From NCBI GenBank assembly GCA_046570105.1, contig JBKHVI010000009.1, positions 1 through 64,000 of the forward strand: a DNA stretch of 64,000 nucleotides, in the 5' to 3' direction. The stretch comes from Bacteriovoracia bacterium (GTDB lineage Bacteria > Bdellovibrionota > Bacteriovoracia > Bacteriovoracales > Bacteriovoracaceae). Made by a program: the position numbers and the translations under genes. Positions 8,148 to 17,181 of the stretch are shown piece after piece (the stretch's first letter is position 1; each line of letters starts with the position of its first letter). Under the pieces are notes generated by a model. The model ran no database searches. It was not told the origin of the DNA and was given only the letters and a program-made list of their open reading frames with translations.

Positions 8148-9364
8148 TGGAGACTCCCGGTCTGATCCCAGTGAACGATTTCTTGAGCGAGTTGAGCTTT
8201 AGTAAGGGCCTGTGGTTTTGATGTGGCTTTGGGATCAATAAACCAATACGTACCCTGACCTTCGGCAAAGCCTTCGCGATTCTTGTTATCTAAGAAACCA
8301 CTGTGCACCCGATTACCAATCATGAGATCGACGGGTTTGCGATTAAATTTTTCGCGCCAAACGGCTTCAGTCGTTTCTGTCTCTGCAGCAAAGGAGACAA
8401 ATTTTTGTGTGCCTGTTTTAGCTTTAAGAAGTTCGGCCAGCACATCGACGGCTTTAACAACCGGTAGGGTGGTGAGTTGGTCTTTTTTTAATTTACCCTG
8501 AGCTGTGTTGAATTCAAAATCAGCAACTGCCGCAGAAGCTATTATCGTATGAGCGCTTGGTGCAATCGCTTGCGCATGCTTGAGCATGTCAGCAGTGGTA
8601 GGTGTAGAGATGACTTGGCAGCGAGGATGGGCCTTGAGACCTGCGACTCCAACTGGTTCAGGAAAACCGGCAAGTAATGTGACTTTTGCACCCACCGAGA
8701 GATAAGCGCGCGCGATTTCAATACCTGTTAAGCCAGAAGAAGGATTAGTCATAAAGCGAACTGGATCAAGCGGAGCGACAGTCGCACCCGTTGTGATCAA
8801 CACATGCTTTTCAATACTCATTAAAGGATTGTAGAAGCCAATAACTTGCGCCATGGCATCCACGTCCATCAATTTGCCTTGCCCCACATCACCGCAAGCG
8901 AGCAGCCCGGCAGCTGGATCAACAATTTTAGCAAAGGGGAGTTTATTAATTTTGGCGACATGCTCTTGTGTGAAAGGATGCTCCCACATCATAGTGTTCA
9001 TCGCCGGGAACATTAGTACCGGACGATTTTGTCTCCAGGCCAAAAAAATCGAGGTGAGAAAATCATGGCACTGCCCTTGCGCCAATTTAGCTAAAGTATT
9101 TGCTGATAACGGAGCAATCGCTAAAACATTTGCCCACTTGGCAAATTCCACATGGGGAACACCAGGAGTAGGTGAGTTAAAATCATCAGTGGGAAGATAG
9201 ACAGCTTCAGCGCCAAGATAACGAAAAATTTCTGGGCGAACAAATTCCAAAGCACCTTGAGTCAGTACTACGCGAACGTTGTGTCCGTTTTTCACAAGTG
9301 TACGTGCGAGATCAATGCTCTTGTAGGCCGCGATTGAACCAGTGATGCCTAATAAAATATTCAT
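8144..9364 (-). CDS. coaBC: Bifunctional phosphopantothenoylcysteine decarboxylase/synthase
   Basis: LLGITGSIAAYK, PAMNTMMW, LACGDVGQG, LDPVRFMTNPSSG, AAVADF; ATGA overlap with coaX stop. Confidence 0.96.
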   Translation of the reverse strand: MNILLGITGSIAAYKSIDLARTLVKNGHNVRVVLTQGALEFVRPEIFRYLGAEAVYLPTDDFNSPTPGVPHVEFAKWANVLAIAPLSANTLAKLAQGQCHDFLTSIFLAWRQNRPVLMFPAMNTMMWEHPFTQEHVAKINKLPFAKIVDPAAGLLACGDVGQGKLMDVDAMAQVIGFYNPLMSIEKHVLITTGATVAPLDPVRFMTNPSSGLTGIEIARAYLSVGAKVTLLAGFPEPVGVAGLKAHPRCQVISTPTTADMLKHAQAIAPSAHTIIASAAVADFEFNTAQGKLKKDQLTTLPVVKAVDVLAELLKAKTGTQKFVSFAAETETTEAVWREKFNRKPVDLMIGNRVHSGFLDNKNREGFAEGQGTYWFIDPKATSKPQALTKAQLAQEIVHWDQTGSLH

Positions 9365-10101
9365 GCGCCTATATTCCGTCGGTACCATTCATAGAGGGCC
9401 CAGTGTACTAAATCTGGTTTAATGTGTAACGGCAGCTCATGGGTCAAAGGCTTAAGCCAGCCTTCAACAACACCTGCATTGCCACCAGTTAAAACGATTT
9501 GGGCCACTCCCCAGCGAACCATCAGTTTTTGAATCAACGCAGCATATGCAATCGCCGCCCCTTGTAGCGCATCGGCAGTGGTGTGGGGAAGTTCACTACC
9601 GGTTAGAATTTCCTTTTTGAGATCAGTAAATTCTTGGGCTTTCAGTTGCGCACCCTGAGCGAGTGTTTCTCCTAAAAGTTTTGTACCTGGAAGAATGAAG
9701 CCACCTTGAAGTCCTTCACTCGTCACAATATCAAGAGTGAGAAAACTGCCGGCATCAATAACTAGCGTGGGTGTTTGATATTCTTTAAAGGCCCACCAAG
9801 CGGTGACTAAGCGATCTTCACCTAAGGATTGAGCATAGCGAACCGGCATACCCGCAAACTTGTGGCCTTTCCAATAGTCTTGAATGCGCTCGATCAAGAG
9901 ACCTTGCTTCATTAATTCTTTAAGCTCTTCATCATAGGGTTTCACTTGCGAGAGAACGCCTGCCACTTCACCAAAGGTGAGTGCGTGGGCTTTGAGCCAT
10001 TCACCCACATCTTGCAGACGTCCACGCGCTAATTCTTTGCCGTGACGATAAAGGGCCGCGTGAGCAGAAGAATTTCCAAAATCAAGAGTCAGTAGAATCA
10101 A
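9361..10101 (-). CDS. coaX: Type III pantothenate kinase
   Basis: LDFGNS, LGEDR, VIDAGSFLTLD, GGFILPG, LTGGNA. Confidence 0.92.
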   Translation of the reverse strand: MILLTLDFGNSSAHAALYRHGKELARGRLQDVGEWLKAHALTFGEVAGVLSQVKPYDEELKELMKQGLLIERIQDYWKGHKFAGMPVRYAQSLGEDRLVTAWWAFKEYQTPTLVIDAGSFLTLDIVTSEGLQGGFILPGTKLLGETLAQGAQLKAQEFTDLKKEILTGSELPHTTADALQGAAIAYAALIQKLMVRWGVAQIVLTGGNAGVVEGWLKPLTHELPLHIKPDLVHWALYEWYRRNIGA

Positions 10102-10853
10102 GAGCGCTGCTCCTTGAGATACTTATTAATAAGATCCAAGCGAGTTTGATAAAGATCGGCGATCGGTTTTACAAATTTAGGCGGAGTATGTTGACCCATT
10201 TTAAGTAAATCATTTGTGACGAGAACTTGGCCGCGCACTTTATCGCCTGAACCAATTCCGATGGTAGGAATTTCTAGGGCGCTGGTGATCTCGGCTGAAA
10301 TTTCTGGCGTGATACATTCCAGCACCAGACTAAAGCAGCCCGCATCTTGCAGGCGTAGGGCCTCTTCTTTTAATTCACGCGCGCGATCAGGAGTTTTTCC
10401 ATGTGTGAAGTAGCCGCCCATTTGATGTACTGATTGAGGAGTCAATCCAATGTGTCCCATCACCGCGACACCGACTTCAGTTAGGCGTTTGATGGTGGCA
10501 AGCTCAGTGGCGTGAGCACCTTCTAACTTTACTGCTTCAGCATTGGTCGTTTGCATGAGTTTTGTGCCTGTGCGCAGACCCTGAGCGAGTGTCGTGTAAG
10601 AGCCAAAAGGCATATCAATGATGAGGAATTTATCCGGTGCCCCTCTGCGAACGGCTTGACCAAAGAGACTCATCATTGAAGGAGTCACTGGTACGGTTGT
10701 ATCAAGACCTAGCACAACGTTTCCAAGCGAGTCGCCGACTAATAGCAGATCAATCTCGGTTTCATTAAGCAATTGAGCAGTTTGAAAATCATAACAGGTC
10801 AGCATCTGTAGATTTTGACTTTTACGAATATCGCGAGTGGTGAGCTTTTTCAT
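10098..10853 (-). CDS. panB: 3-methyl-2-oxobutanoate hydroxymethyltransferase
   Basis: MLTCYD, LLVGDSLGNV, DMPFGSY, AVKLEG, GHIGLTPQ, PTIGIGSG. Confidence 0.97.
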   Translation of the reverse strand: MKKLTTRDIRKSQNLQMLTCYDFQTAQLLNETEIDLLLVGDSLGNVVLGLDTTVPVTPSMMSLFGQAVRRGAPDKFLIIDMPFGSYTTLAQGLRTGTKLMQTTNAEAVKLEGAHATELATIKRLTEVGVAVMGHIGLTPQSVHQMGGYFTHGKTPDRARELKEEALRLQDAGCFSLVLECITPEISAEITSALEIPTIGIGSGDKVRGQVLVTNDLLKMGQHTPPKFVKPIADLYQTRLDLINKYLKEQRS

Positions 10854-11785
10854 TTTTGACCTTGTTGCATTTTTTCAATGGTCTGGCCGAAGGGATCCTT
10901 CTTCCAGCGCTCGATAATATCATTGCGCATTTTTTCTACATCAACTTGAGTTGCTTCTCGGGCAAACTGACCGTTCTGAATATCAATGAGTAGACTTTGC
11001 ATTTTTTTCTGAAAACTTTGATCACACAATAGAGCGCGGCCCTTTTCTGAACCAATCAGGGCGTTAGGACTAATCAAATGAAAAAAAGCTTCTGGTCCTT
11101 TATCCACCATGGTGCGAACAATCAAACCGACTTCATGCCATAATTCAAAATAGGCGAGCTCTGCCGGAATACCTTTCTCTAAAAGCATATTGAATGACAG
11201 GCGACAGGCTTCAGGAATGACCGAACACAAGACAGCTTGTTCAGAAAATAAATCCGCTTCCATCTCTTGGCGCACACCCACAGAATAGGGACCCCAGGTA
11301 ATACCTAATGCGCGCGCTACTTTTAAGGTGAGTGCTTCAATGGATTTTTTTTCACTCTCAGCAACCAACTCAACTGAGTACACACCACCCAAGGCACGGC
11401 GATCAAGGTAAGTGGCGCGCACTTCTGTTCCAATCGCTTTTGGAGCAAGCAGCACATGATGAAATTGTGGAAATTTTTCGGCTAAGTTTTCTTCAATAGC
11501 GGCAAAGCCGTGCGCATAAAACAAAGTTGTACCCACCGGAATAAAAGCCGAGAGACTTGCCAGTGCGCCCGCGATTTCATGATCGGGAACCAAGAAAGCC
11601 ATCGGCCTGCCAGAAAGAGGCGCCTGCCAATCGAGGAGTTTCAAGGGGGCCTGAATTTTTGCGCGTGAATTTGAATCAGGGCGCAACAGCACTGAGACCT
11701 TAAAGCCTGAGTCGGAGAGATTAGCGCACCAGGCCCTCGCCTGATTGCCGTATCCCACGATGGTTATGTCATTTTCAGCTATCAA
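10850..11785 (-). CDS. Ketol-acid reductoisomerase-like protein, likely ketopantoate reductase (PanG-like)
   Basis: IVGYGNQARAW, YAHGF, LAPKAIG, DLFSEQAVLC, AYFE; first gene of pan operon; probable TTG start at 11785 after AAGGAG. Confidence 0.8.
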   Translation of the reverse strand: MIAENDITIVGYGNQARAWCANLSDSGFKVSVLLRPDSNSRAKIQAPLKLLDWQAPLSGRPMAFLVPDHEIAGALASLSAFIPVGTTLFYAHGFAAIEENLAEKFPQFHHVLLAPKAIGTEVRATYLDRRALGGVYSVELVAESEKKSIEALTLKVARALGITWGPYSVGVRQEMEADLFSEQAVLCSVIPEACRLSFNMLLEKGIPAELAYFELWHEVGLIVRTMVDKGPEAFFHLISPNALIGSEKGRALLCDQSFQKKMQSLLIDIQNGQFAREATQVDVEKMRNDIIERWKKDPFGQTIEKMQQGQK

Positions 11786-11816
11786 AAAGGTCTCCTTTGG
11801 GGCACCTTTTCGTACC

Positions 11817-12596
11817 ATGACCAGCGACTCTCGCCTAGCACAAGACCCATTCCGGCCACGCTCACGCGCCTTTCTTTTTGGTGAGTCGGTGTTTACTACC
11901 CTAAGAGTAGAAAACGGCGTGGTTTATTTTGCTGAAAGACACCTTCAACGCCTCAAGGAGTCCGCCGAATGGCTCTGGCCTGGCACAGTAGGTCAAATTG
12001 ATGAGCTGTGGTCAAATTTAAAACCACCCGGAAAAAACGGTGTGTGGCGACTGACTTTGTTTGCCATGCAGATAGATAGGAAAATGCGCGTTGAAGAAAT
12101 ACCACATTTAGAAATTGATAGCAGTTGGAGTGAAGGCTTGCCGCAGGCAGGAAGTTTTTTAGCGAAAACAGTCAAAGCACCTGCTCGCGCTAAAGATTGG
12201 CCGCCATTTTTGAAAAGTGGCGATTATTTGTCGCGCTTAGTGGCCGCTCGTCATTTAGCAAAAAATGAAATTCCCTTGTATCTCGTTAATGATGAAGTGT
12301 GTGAGTTCCTCCATGCGAATCTTTTTTTATGGATTGATAATCAACTCTACACTCCGCCAACGGGGCCTGATGTTTTGGCCGGTTTGGGTCGAGAGCGATT
12401 AATGGAAGTGGCGACACAATTGGGAATACCCTGTGTTGAGAAAGTTCTTTTGTTGAATGATATAAAAGCAGCGCAATCAGTTTGGGCCATCAATGCGGTC
12501 CGCGGTATAGTTGAAGTGGAGGCCATTGACGCCAAGAAGGTCGAAGGCCATGCTTTAAAGGATTCACTCCAGCGAAATTTTTTTTCGAGGTCTTAA
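11817..12596 (+). CDS. Aminotransferase class IV (PabC/IlvE-like)
   Basis: [46 protein letters not shown]. Confidence 0.85.
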   Translation: MTSDSRLAQDPFRPRSRAFLFGESVFTTLRVENGVVYFAERHLQRLKESAEWLWPGTVGQIDELWSNLKPPGKNGVWRLTLFAMQIDRKMRVEEIPHLEIDSSWSEGLPQAGSFLAKTVKAPARAKDWPPFLKSGDYLSRLVAARHLAKNEIPLYLVNDEVCEFLHANLFLWIDNQLYTPPTGPDVLAGLGRERLMEVATQLGIPCVEKVLLLNDIKAAQSVWAINAVRGIVEVEAIDAKKVEGHALKDSLQRNFFSRS

Positions 12597-12598
12597 GC

Positions 12599-12820
12599 GT
12601 GACTGATGTCAAAAAACCATTGAAAGTAAAATGTCCTAAGTGCAAAGAAGAATTTCTCTATTATTCTTCTGAGCATCGTCCATTTTGTTCGGAACGCTGT
12701 CGCATGGTTGATCTTGGCCATTGGCTAGAAGGAAGTTACGGAATTCCTGCCGAGAAAATTTCTGAAGAAGAAATGGAAGAGTTGATTCGCGTTGTGGAGA
12801 CATCCGATGAAAAGCAGTGA
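12599..12820 (+). CDS. yacG: DNA gyrase inhibitor YacG
   Basis: VKCPKC...[22 protein letters not shown]. Confidence 0.93.
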   Translation: MTDVKKPLKVKCPKCKEEFLYYSSEHRPFCSERCRMVDLGHWLEGSYGIPAEKISEEEMEELIRVVETSDEKQ

Positions 12821-13640
12821 GAGAGCAGCCGCTTTAAAATTCACGCTCAAGCTGGCCGATGAGGCCGGTAAAACGCTCTTGGGTTATTCACAAAAACTAT
12901 TTCATAAACCTTTGAAGCTAATTCATAAAGGCGCGCAAGGTTTGGCGTCGGAAGCTGATTTGAAATCAGAAGAACTTGTCATGCGTCGGATTGCTAAGAA
13001 GTATCCCAAGCATCGCATCCTTTCTGAAGAAGATAGCTTCACCAAAAAATTAAAGATTGAGGGCCCGGGTGATGACAAAGAGCTTACGTGGCTGATTGAT
13101 CCTTTGGATGGCACTAATAATTTTTTAAATGGATTACCGTTCTTTGCAGTCAGTCTCGCGCTGGTCGAAGGCCATGAGGTGCAAGTGGGTGTGGTTCACA
13201 ATCCCATGCTGGGTGAAACTTTTTATGCCACCAAGAACGGCGGAGCTTATTTACGTCGTCGCTTTGGAAATCGTTATCTGACAAAAAAACTCCAAGCCTC
13301 GAAGGTTTCACAACCTTTGAAAGACGCCTTGATATCTACCAACCTAGGATCAAGTCGCCACAATGCAGATCTCATTCGTAAATTTCCTGAAGTGCGTGCC
13401 TTTCGCCGTTTGGGTTCAGCCGCACTTGAACTCTCATATGTGGCCGCTGGTGTGCTTGATGTTTATTGGGAGTACCGTTTGCAGCCTTGGGATATCGCCG
13501 CGGGCGGTTTGATTTGCCAAGAAGCAGGAGTACCAATCTCTGATTTGCACGGTCAAGATTTTCATCCTTACACACCATCAGTTTTGGCGGCTCGCTCGCC
13601 ACTTTATGACGATCTCCTACAGATTTTGTCGGAGAAATAA
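12807..13640 (+). CDS. suhB: Inositol monophosphatase family protein
   Basis: [35 protein letters not shown]. Confidence 0.9.
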   Translation: MKSSERAAALKFTLKLADEAGKTLLGYSQKLFHKPLKLIHKGAQGLASEADLKSEELVMRRIAKKYPKHRILSEEDSFTKKLKIEGPGDDKELTWLIDPLDGTNNFLNGLPFFAVSLALVEGHEVQVGVVHNPMLGETFYATKNGGAYLRRRFGNRYLTKKLQASKVSQPLKDALISTNLGSSRHNADLIRKFPEVRAFRRLGSAALELSYVAAGVLDVYWEYRLQPWDIAAGGLICQEAGVPISDLHGQDFHPYTPSVLAARSPLYDDLLQILSEK

Positions 13641-13662
13641 ATTTCCTAGAGTTTACGCTTAT

Positions 13663-13693
13663 TTGACAATGGTCGGCATAGGCTTGGTATAAT
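13663..13693 (+). promoter_or_regulatory. Sigma70 promoter (extended -10)
   Basis: TTGACA (13663) N19 TATAAT (13688), with TGg directly before the -10. Confidence 0.6.
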
Positions 13694-13749
13694 CTTTCCA
13701 TGAGTTTAGCTCCCAATGACGGAGCGTTATTTTGTGCCAAGGATGGGCC

Positions 13750-14808
13750 ATGCTTGAATCGTTAATTACGACGCTCGATAAATTTACGCCAGAGATTCTG
13801 GTGATTCTTTCGGGCCTCCTAGTTATTACCACCACACTTTTTTTGTGGTTATGGTTTGCTAATCGCCGTACTTACAATTTACTCAAGCATCAACTGCCAG
13901 CTTCGGTGGTTAAAACTTATTTAGATTCAGTTATTCAAAACTCAAACTCGCTTAAGTCAGCTCTCTTCCGTGGTAACGATGGAGATGTCTCATTTTCGTC
14001 TATGCCGTCGAGCATGCCGCTCGTTGGTGGAGGGGAGAGTCTGGCGATTGCTAGTTCTGGCAATTCATCGGGTCAAGAAGCCGCTCTTCGTGAACAGCTT
14101 CAGCAAAAACTTGCTGAGTTGGCCGCACTTCAGTCACAGCTCGCCGCTGCTAACAGTATAAAAAAAGAACTAGAGTCAGGACTCGCTGGTGCACAAGCTC
14201 GTATCAAAGAGTTGGAAGCACTCTTGGCGCAATCTGGAAAAGCAGTTCCTGCAGCCAGTGGTAACGATGCTGCTATCAAAGCTGAATTACAAAAAATCAC
14301 TAAAGAGCGTGATGAACTTCGTGACCGTTTGAAAGAATACGAAATCATCGAAGACGATCTTGCAAACCTCAAACGTTTGCAGCAAGAAAATCAACAACTG
14401 AAACGTGCTCTGGGACAAGATCCTACTGACTCATCACCAGCGGCAGCAGCTCCAGTAGCTCCAGTAGCAGCACCACCCAAAGTGGCCAGTCCTAAAGGAC
14501 AAGATCCATTGGCAGGAGCGGCTGATTTGTTTGATGAAGTTCCTGTAGAAGATGCACCCACACCAGAGAGTGAAGTTGCGGAAGAAGCTGTTGAAGCAGC
14601 TGCTCCCGAAGAAGTGGCGGCCAGTTCAGAAGAAAGTACCACTGCTGAGCTCGAAGAGTTTTTAACGGGCGGAAGTGAAGCTGAAGCTCCGAAAGAAGTG
14701 GCGATGGGTGGTAGTGAGAAAGATGCTCCTGCTCCTAAGGCTGAGCCGACTGGAAATGAAAAAACACCTGAGGATCTTCTCAGTGAATTTGAAAAAATGT
14801 TGGGGTAA
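13750..14808 (+). CDS. Membrane-anchored coiled-coil protein with acidic disordered C-terminus
   Basis: N-terminal TM helix, heptad coiled coil, A/P/E-rich linker, terminal helix PEDLLSEFEKMLG. Confidence 0.8.
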   Translation: MLESLITTLDKFTPEILVILSGLLVITTTLFLWLWFANRRTYNLLKHQLPASVVKTYLDSVIQNSNSLKSALFRGNDGDVSFSSMPSSMPLVGGGESLAIASSGNSSGQEAALREQLQQKLAELAALQSQLAAANSIKKELESGLAGAQARIKELEALLAQSGKAVPAASGNDAAIKAELQKITKERDELRDRLKEYEIIEDDLANLKRLQQENQQLKRALGQDPTDSSPAAAAPVAPVAAPPKVASPKGQDPLAGAADLFDEVPVEDAPTPESEVAEEAVEAAAPEEVAASSEESTTAELEEFLTGGSEAEAPKEVAMGGSEKDAPAPKAEPTGNEKTPEDLLSEFEKMLG

Positions 14809-14813
14809 GACAC

Positions 14814-15551
14814 ATGAAATTCATCCTGCTTTCTCTTGTTCTCACCACTTCAGTCTGGGCCGCTATCCCCGCTCAGAAATCCTCTCCTCTAAATGAAGTG
14901 CAACGTGCTGATCGCTTTGAAGAAGCCTTCAAAAATCCAACCATTGAAACTCAACGCCTTAAGATGATGGCGTTTTCATTGAAACAGAAATCAGTTCCAA
15001 CTCTCATTAAAGTCATGAAAGACGGCAGCTTCCCAGAAAAAAATCGCTGGCAGGCCACCATGCTCTTAGGCCAAGTGATGGGTAAAAAAAGTGCGCCTTT
15101 CATTGCTAAATTCGCCGATCATCCAGCGTGGATGATGCGTGTGGCGAGTCTCAAGGCACTCGCGGCACTTAACATGAAAGAATACCAAGCGGTTTATGCA
15201 CGCGCTTTGAAGGATTCTTCTCTCATCGTTCGCGTGCAAGCGTTAGATAATATTTCGCACATGAAGATCAATGCTCTTGCTCCGAATGTTTGGAACATGA
15301 TGTATGACCAAACCAACTACACTGGCAACGCTGGCAAACGTAAGCGCACTTCAATTGTTCGCTCAATCATTCGCACGCTAGGTGAGTTGAAGCACGCGCC
15401 GGCCAAGAAAGCTCTCGCTAAACTTATTCAGAAACCTAAGTATCAGGATCTCGCGCCTGATTTGAATTACTCACTCGAGCACATCACTGGCACGAAAGCT
15501 CCAGCGGCTACCATCGTGGCGCAACGGGCGCATTGGTCGAAGAGTATTTAA
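14814..15551 (+). CDS. Secreted HEAT-repeat protein
   Basis: Signal peptide; repeats VRVQALDNI, MRVASLKALAAL, VRSIIRTLGEL. Confidence 0.75.
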   Translation: MKFILLSLVLTTSVWAAIPAQKSSPLNEVQRADRFEEAFKNPTIETQRLKMMAFSLKQKSVPTLIKVMKDGSFPEKNRWQATMLLGQVMGKKSAPFIAKFADHPAWMMRVASLKALAALNMKEYQAVYARALKDSSLIVRVQALDNISHMKINALAPNVWNMMYDQTNYTGNAGKRKRTSIVRSIIRTLGELKHAPAKKALAKLIQKPKYQDLAPDLNYSLEHITGTKAPAATIVAQRAHWSKSI

Positions 15552-15577
15552 AGAATTCAATTTTAACAGTATTAAAC

Positions 15578-15604
15578 TGCGCCAGAATGAGACGGGCGAA
15601 TTGA
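15578..15604 (-). repeat. Dispersed repeat, partial copy of the left end of the 61688-61848 element
   Basis: Reverse complement TCAATTCGCCCGTCTCATTCTGGCGCA vs TCAAATTCGCCCGTCTCATCCTGGCGCA at 61689. Confidence 0.8.
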
Positions 15605-15636
15605 GTTTAAATTGAAAAATTGGATACGTTTGAGAA

Positions 15637-16155
15637 TTAGAAACTCTCGAGCTGTTCTTTTTCGCGCGCTTTATCGATTTCTTTGAGCTTGTTATCAGTC
15701 TCAATTAAGCGACCGATGCGATAGAGGAGCGTCTGCTCTTGGGTGCCGTCGGTGGTGATCTCTTTCCAGCCTTGCAAGAAGTCTTGCTCTACCAACTGAC
15801 GTTTGTAGATGGTGACTTTGGAAACCTCAGAGGACGAGCGATAGCCTTTCACCACATTCACAACTAATTTGAAGCGCGCTGCTTTCACAGCGTCATTGGA
15901 GCCGAAGGAGTCAGTGAAATTGACTTCCATCGTATTATCCATCCAGCGCGTCTTAATATAGCCCGCTTCCTGGTTTTGCTGAGCAATGTCGTACTTCTTC
16001 ATAACTTGGATAACGGCCTGCCAAGTCTGGTTGAAGTCAGCTTTAAAGATCTTTGAAGGCATCTCGAGCTCTTCCGTGACTTGACGGAATTTTTCGTAAG
16101 AGGCGCAACCTGTGATCGCCAAAAGCAATAGGATTTTGGTAAGTAGGGAAGACAT
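15637..16155 (-). CDS. Outer-membrane lipoprotein, BamC/NlpB-like
   Basis: Lipobox LAITGC; F.QTWQAVIQVM..Y.I...NQEAGYIKTRW helix-grip pattern. Confidence 0.7.
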   Translation of the reverse strand: MSSLLTKILLLLAITGCASYEKFRQVTEELEMPSKIFKADFNQTWQAVIQVMKKYDIAQQNQEAGYIKTRWMDNTMEVNFTDSFGSNDAVKAARFKLVVNVVKGYRSSSEVSKVTIYKRQLVEQDFLQGWKEITTDGTQEQTLLYRIGRLIETDNKLKEIDKAREKEQLESF

Positions 16156-16161
16156 GGTTTA

Positions 16162-16170
16162 ATAATAGCA
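16162..16170 (-). promoter_or_regulatory. Extended -10 promoter, leaderless candidate
   Basis: TGcTATTAT then 6 nt then ATG 16155; no SD. Confidence 0.5.
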
Positions 16171-16191
16171 GGAAACCGCCGCGAGGACACT

Positions 16192-17181
16192 ATGGACCAT
16201 CTTTCACTTTTCAAGAATGTTTTAAGCCTGGAAGCCCAGGCGCTGAAGCTTGCTGAAAGTCGCCTGACTGCCCCGACGGTGGAATCATGTGTGCGCTTGT
16301 TTGAGTGGTTGACCCAAACTGGCGGTAACTTAGTTGTTACGGGTGTGGGTAAATCGGGGCACGTCGGGACCAAAATCGCGGCCACCTTTTCATCACTGGG
16401 GCTGCCGAGTTTTTTTCTTCATCCCACCGAAGCCATGCATGGTGATCTTGGCCGAGTAACAAAATCTGATGTCATGTTGCTTTTAAGTAAATCAGGAACG
16501 ACAGAAGAAATATTAGAGCTACTTCCATATTTGCAACTTCCACAAGAGCGCTTGATTGCCCTCGTCGGCAACGTGAAATCACCGATTGCTGAGAAGTGTG
16601 GAGTGGTGCTGGATTGCTCGGTAGAAAAAGAAGCGTGCTTGAATGACTTGGCCCCCACCACGAGTACAACAGTAACAATGGCGATGGGTGATGCCTTGGC
16701 GGTTTTATTTGAAGCCGTTAAAGGTGTTTCAAAAGAACAGTTTGCTCTTAACCATCCTGCCGGCCTCTTAGGTAAATCACTTTCTCTCACTATTGAAAAA
16801 GTGATGGTAAAGCCAGATCAGTGTCCACAAGTTCTGCCAAGCTCAACTCTACAAGATGCGCTTTTAGCGATGACCAAATTTCCAGTAGGTCTCTTGGCGA
16901 TTACTCAAAGTGGAAAGCTTTTGGGAATCTTAGTAGAAGGTGATGTACGCCGGGCCTTGATGAAAGATCCTCAAGCGCTCTCGAAAGATGTCTCGCTCTT
17001 TATGAACAAATCTCCACTCACCATTGCTCCTGGTTTATTGGCCTTTGAGGCGTTGCAAACCATGGAGAAGCGCGAGCGTCCGGTTTCGGTATTACCAGTG
17101 GTAGAAAATGGTGAACTTAAAGGCGTCGTAAGGTTGCATGACCTTTTGAAGGCCGGATTTTCAACCACCACGACAAAATAA
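16192..17181 (+). CDS. kdsD: Arabinose-5-phosphate isomerase KpsF/GutQ (SIS + CBS)
   Basis: GVGKSGHVG, HPTEAMHGDLG, APTTSTT, HPAGLLGK, C-terminal CBS pair. Confidence 0.95.
   Translation: MDHLSLFKNVLSLEAQALKLAESRLTAPTVESCVRLFEWLTQTGGNLVVTGVGKSGHVGTKIAATFSSLGLPSFFLHPTEAMHGDLGRVTKSDVMLLLSKSGTTEEILELLPYLQLPQERLIALVGNVKSPIAEKCGVVLDCSVEKEACLNDLAPTTSTTVTMAMGDALAVLFEAVKGVSKEQFALNHPAGLLGKSLSLTIEKVMVKPDQCPQVLPSSTLQDALLAMTKFPVGLLAITQSGKLLGILVEGDVRRALMKDPQALSKDVSLFMNKSPLTIAPGLLAFEALQTMEKRERPVSVLPVVENGELKGVVRLHDLLKAGFSTTTTK

Noticed and set aside
11816..11819. Divergent genes sharing a CATG as both start codons
   Set aside because: The KARI-like gene more plausibly starts at TTG 11785, which has an AAGGAG SD
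14391..14813. 140-aa Ser/Ala-rich antisense ORF
   Set aside because: Mirror of the low-complexity E/A/P region of the + strand gene
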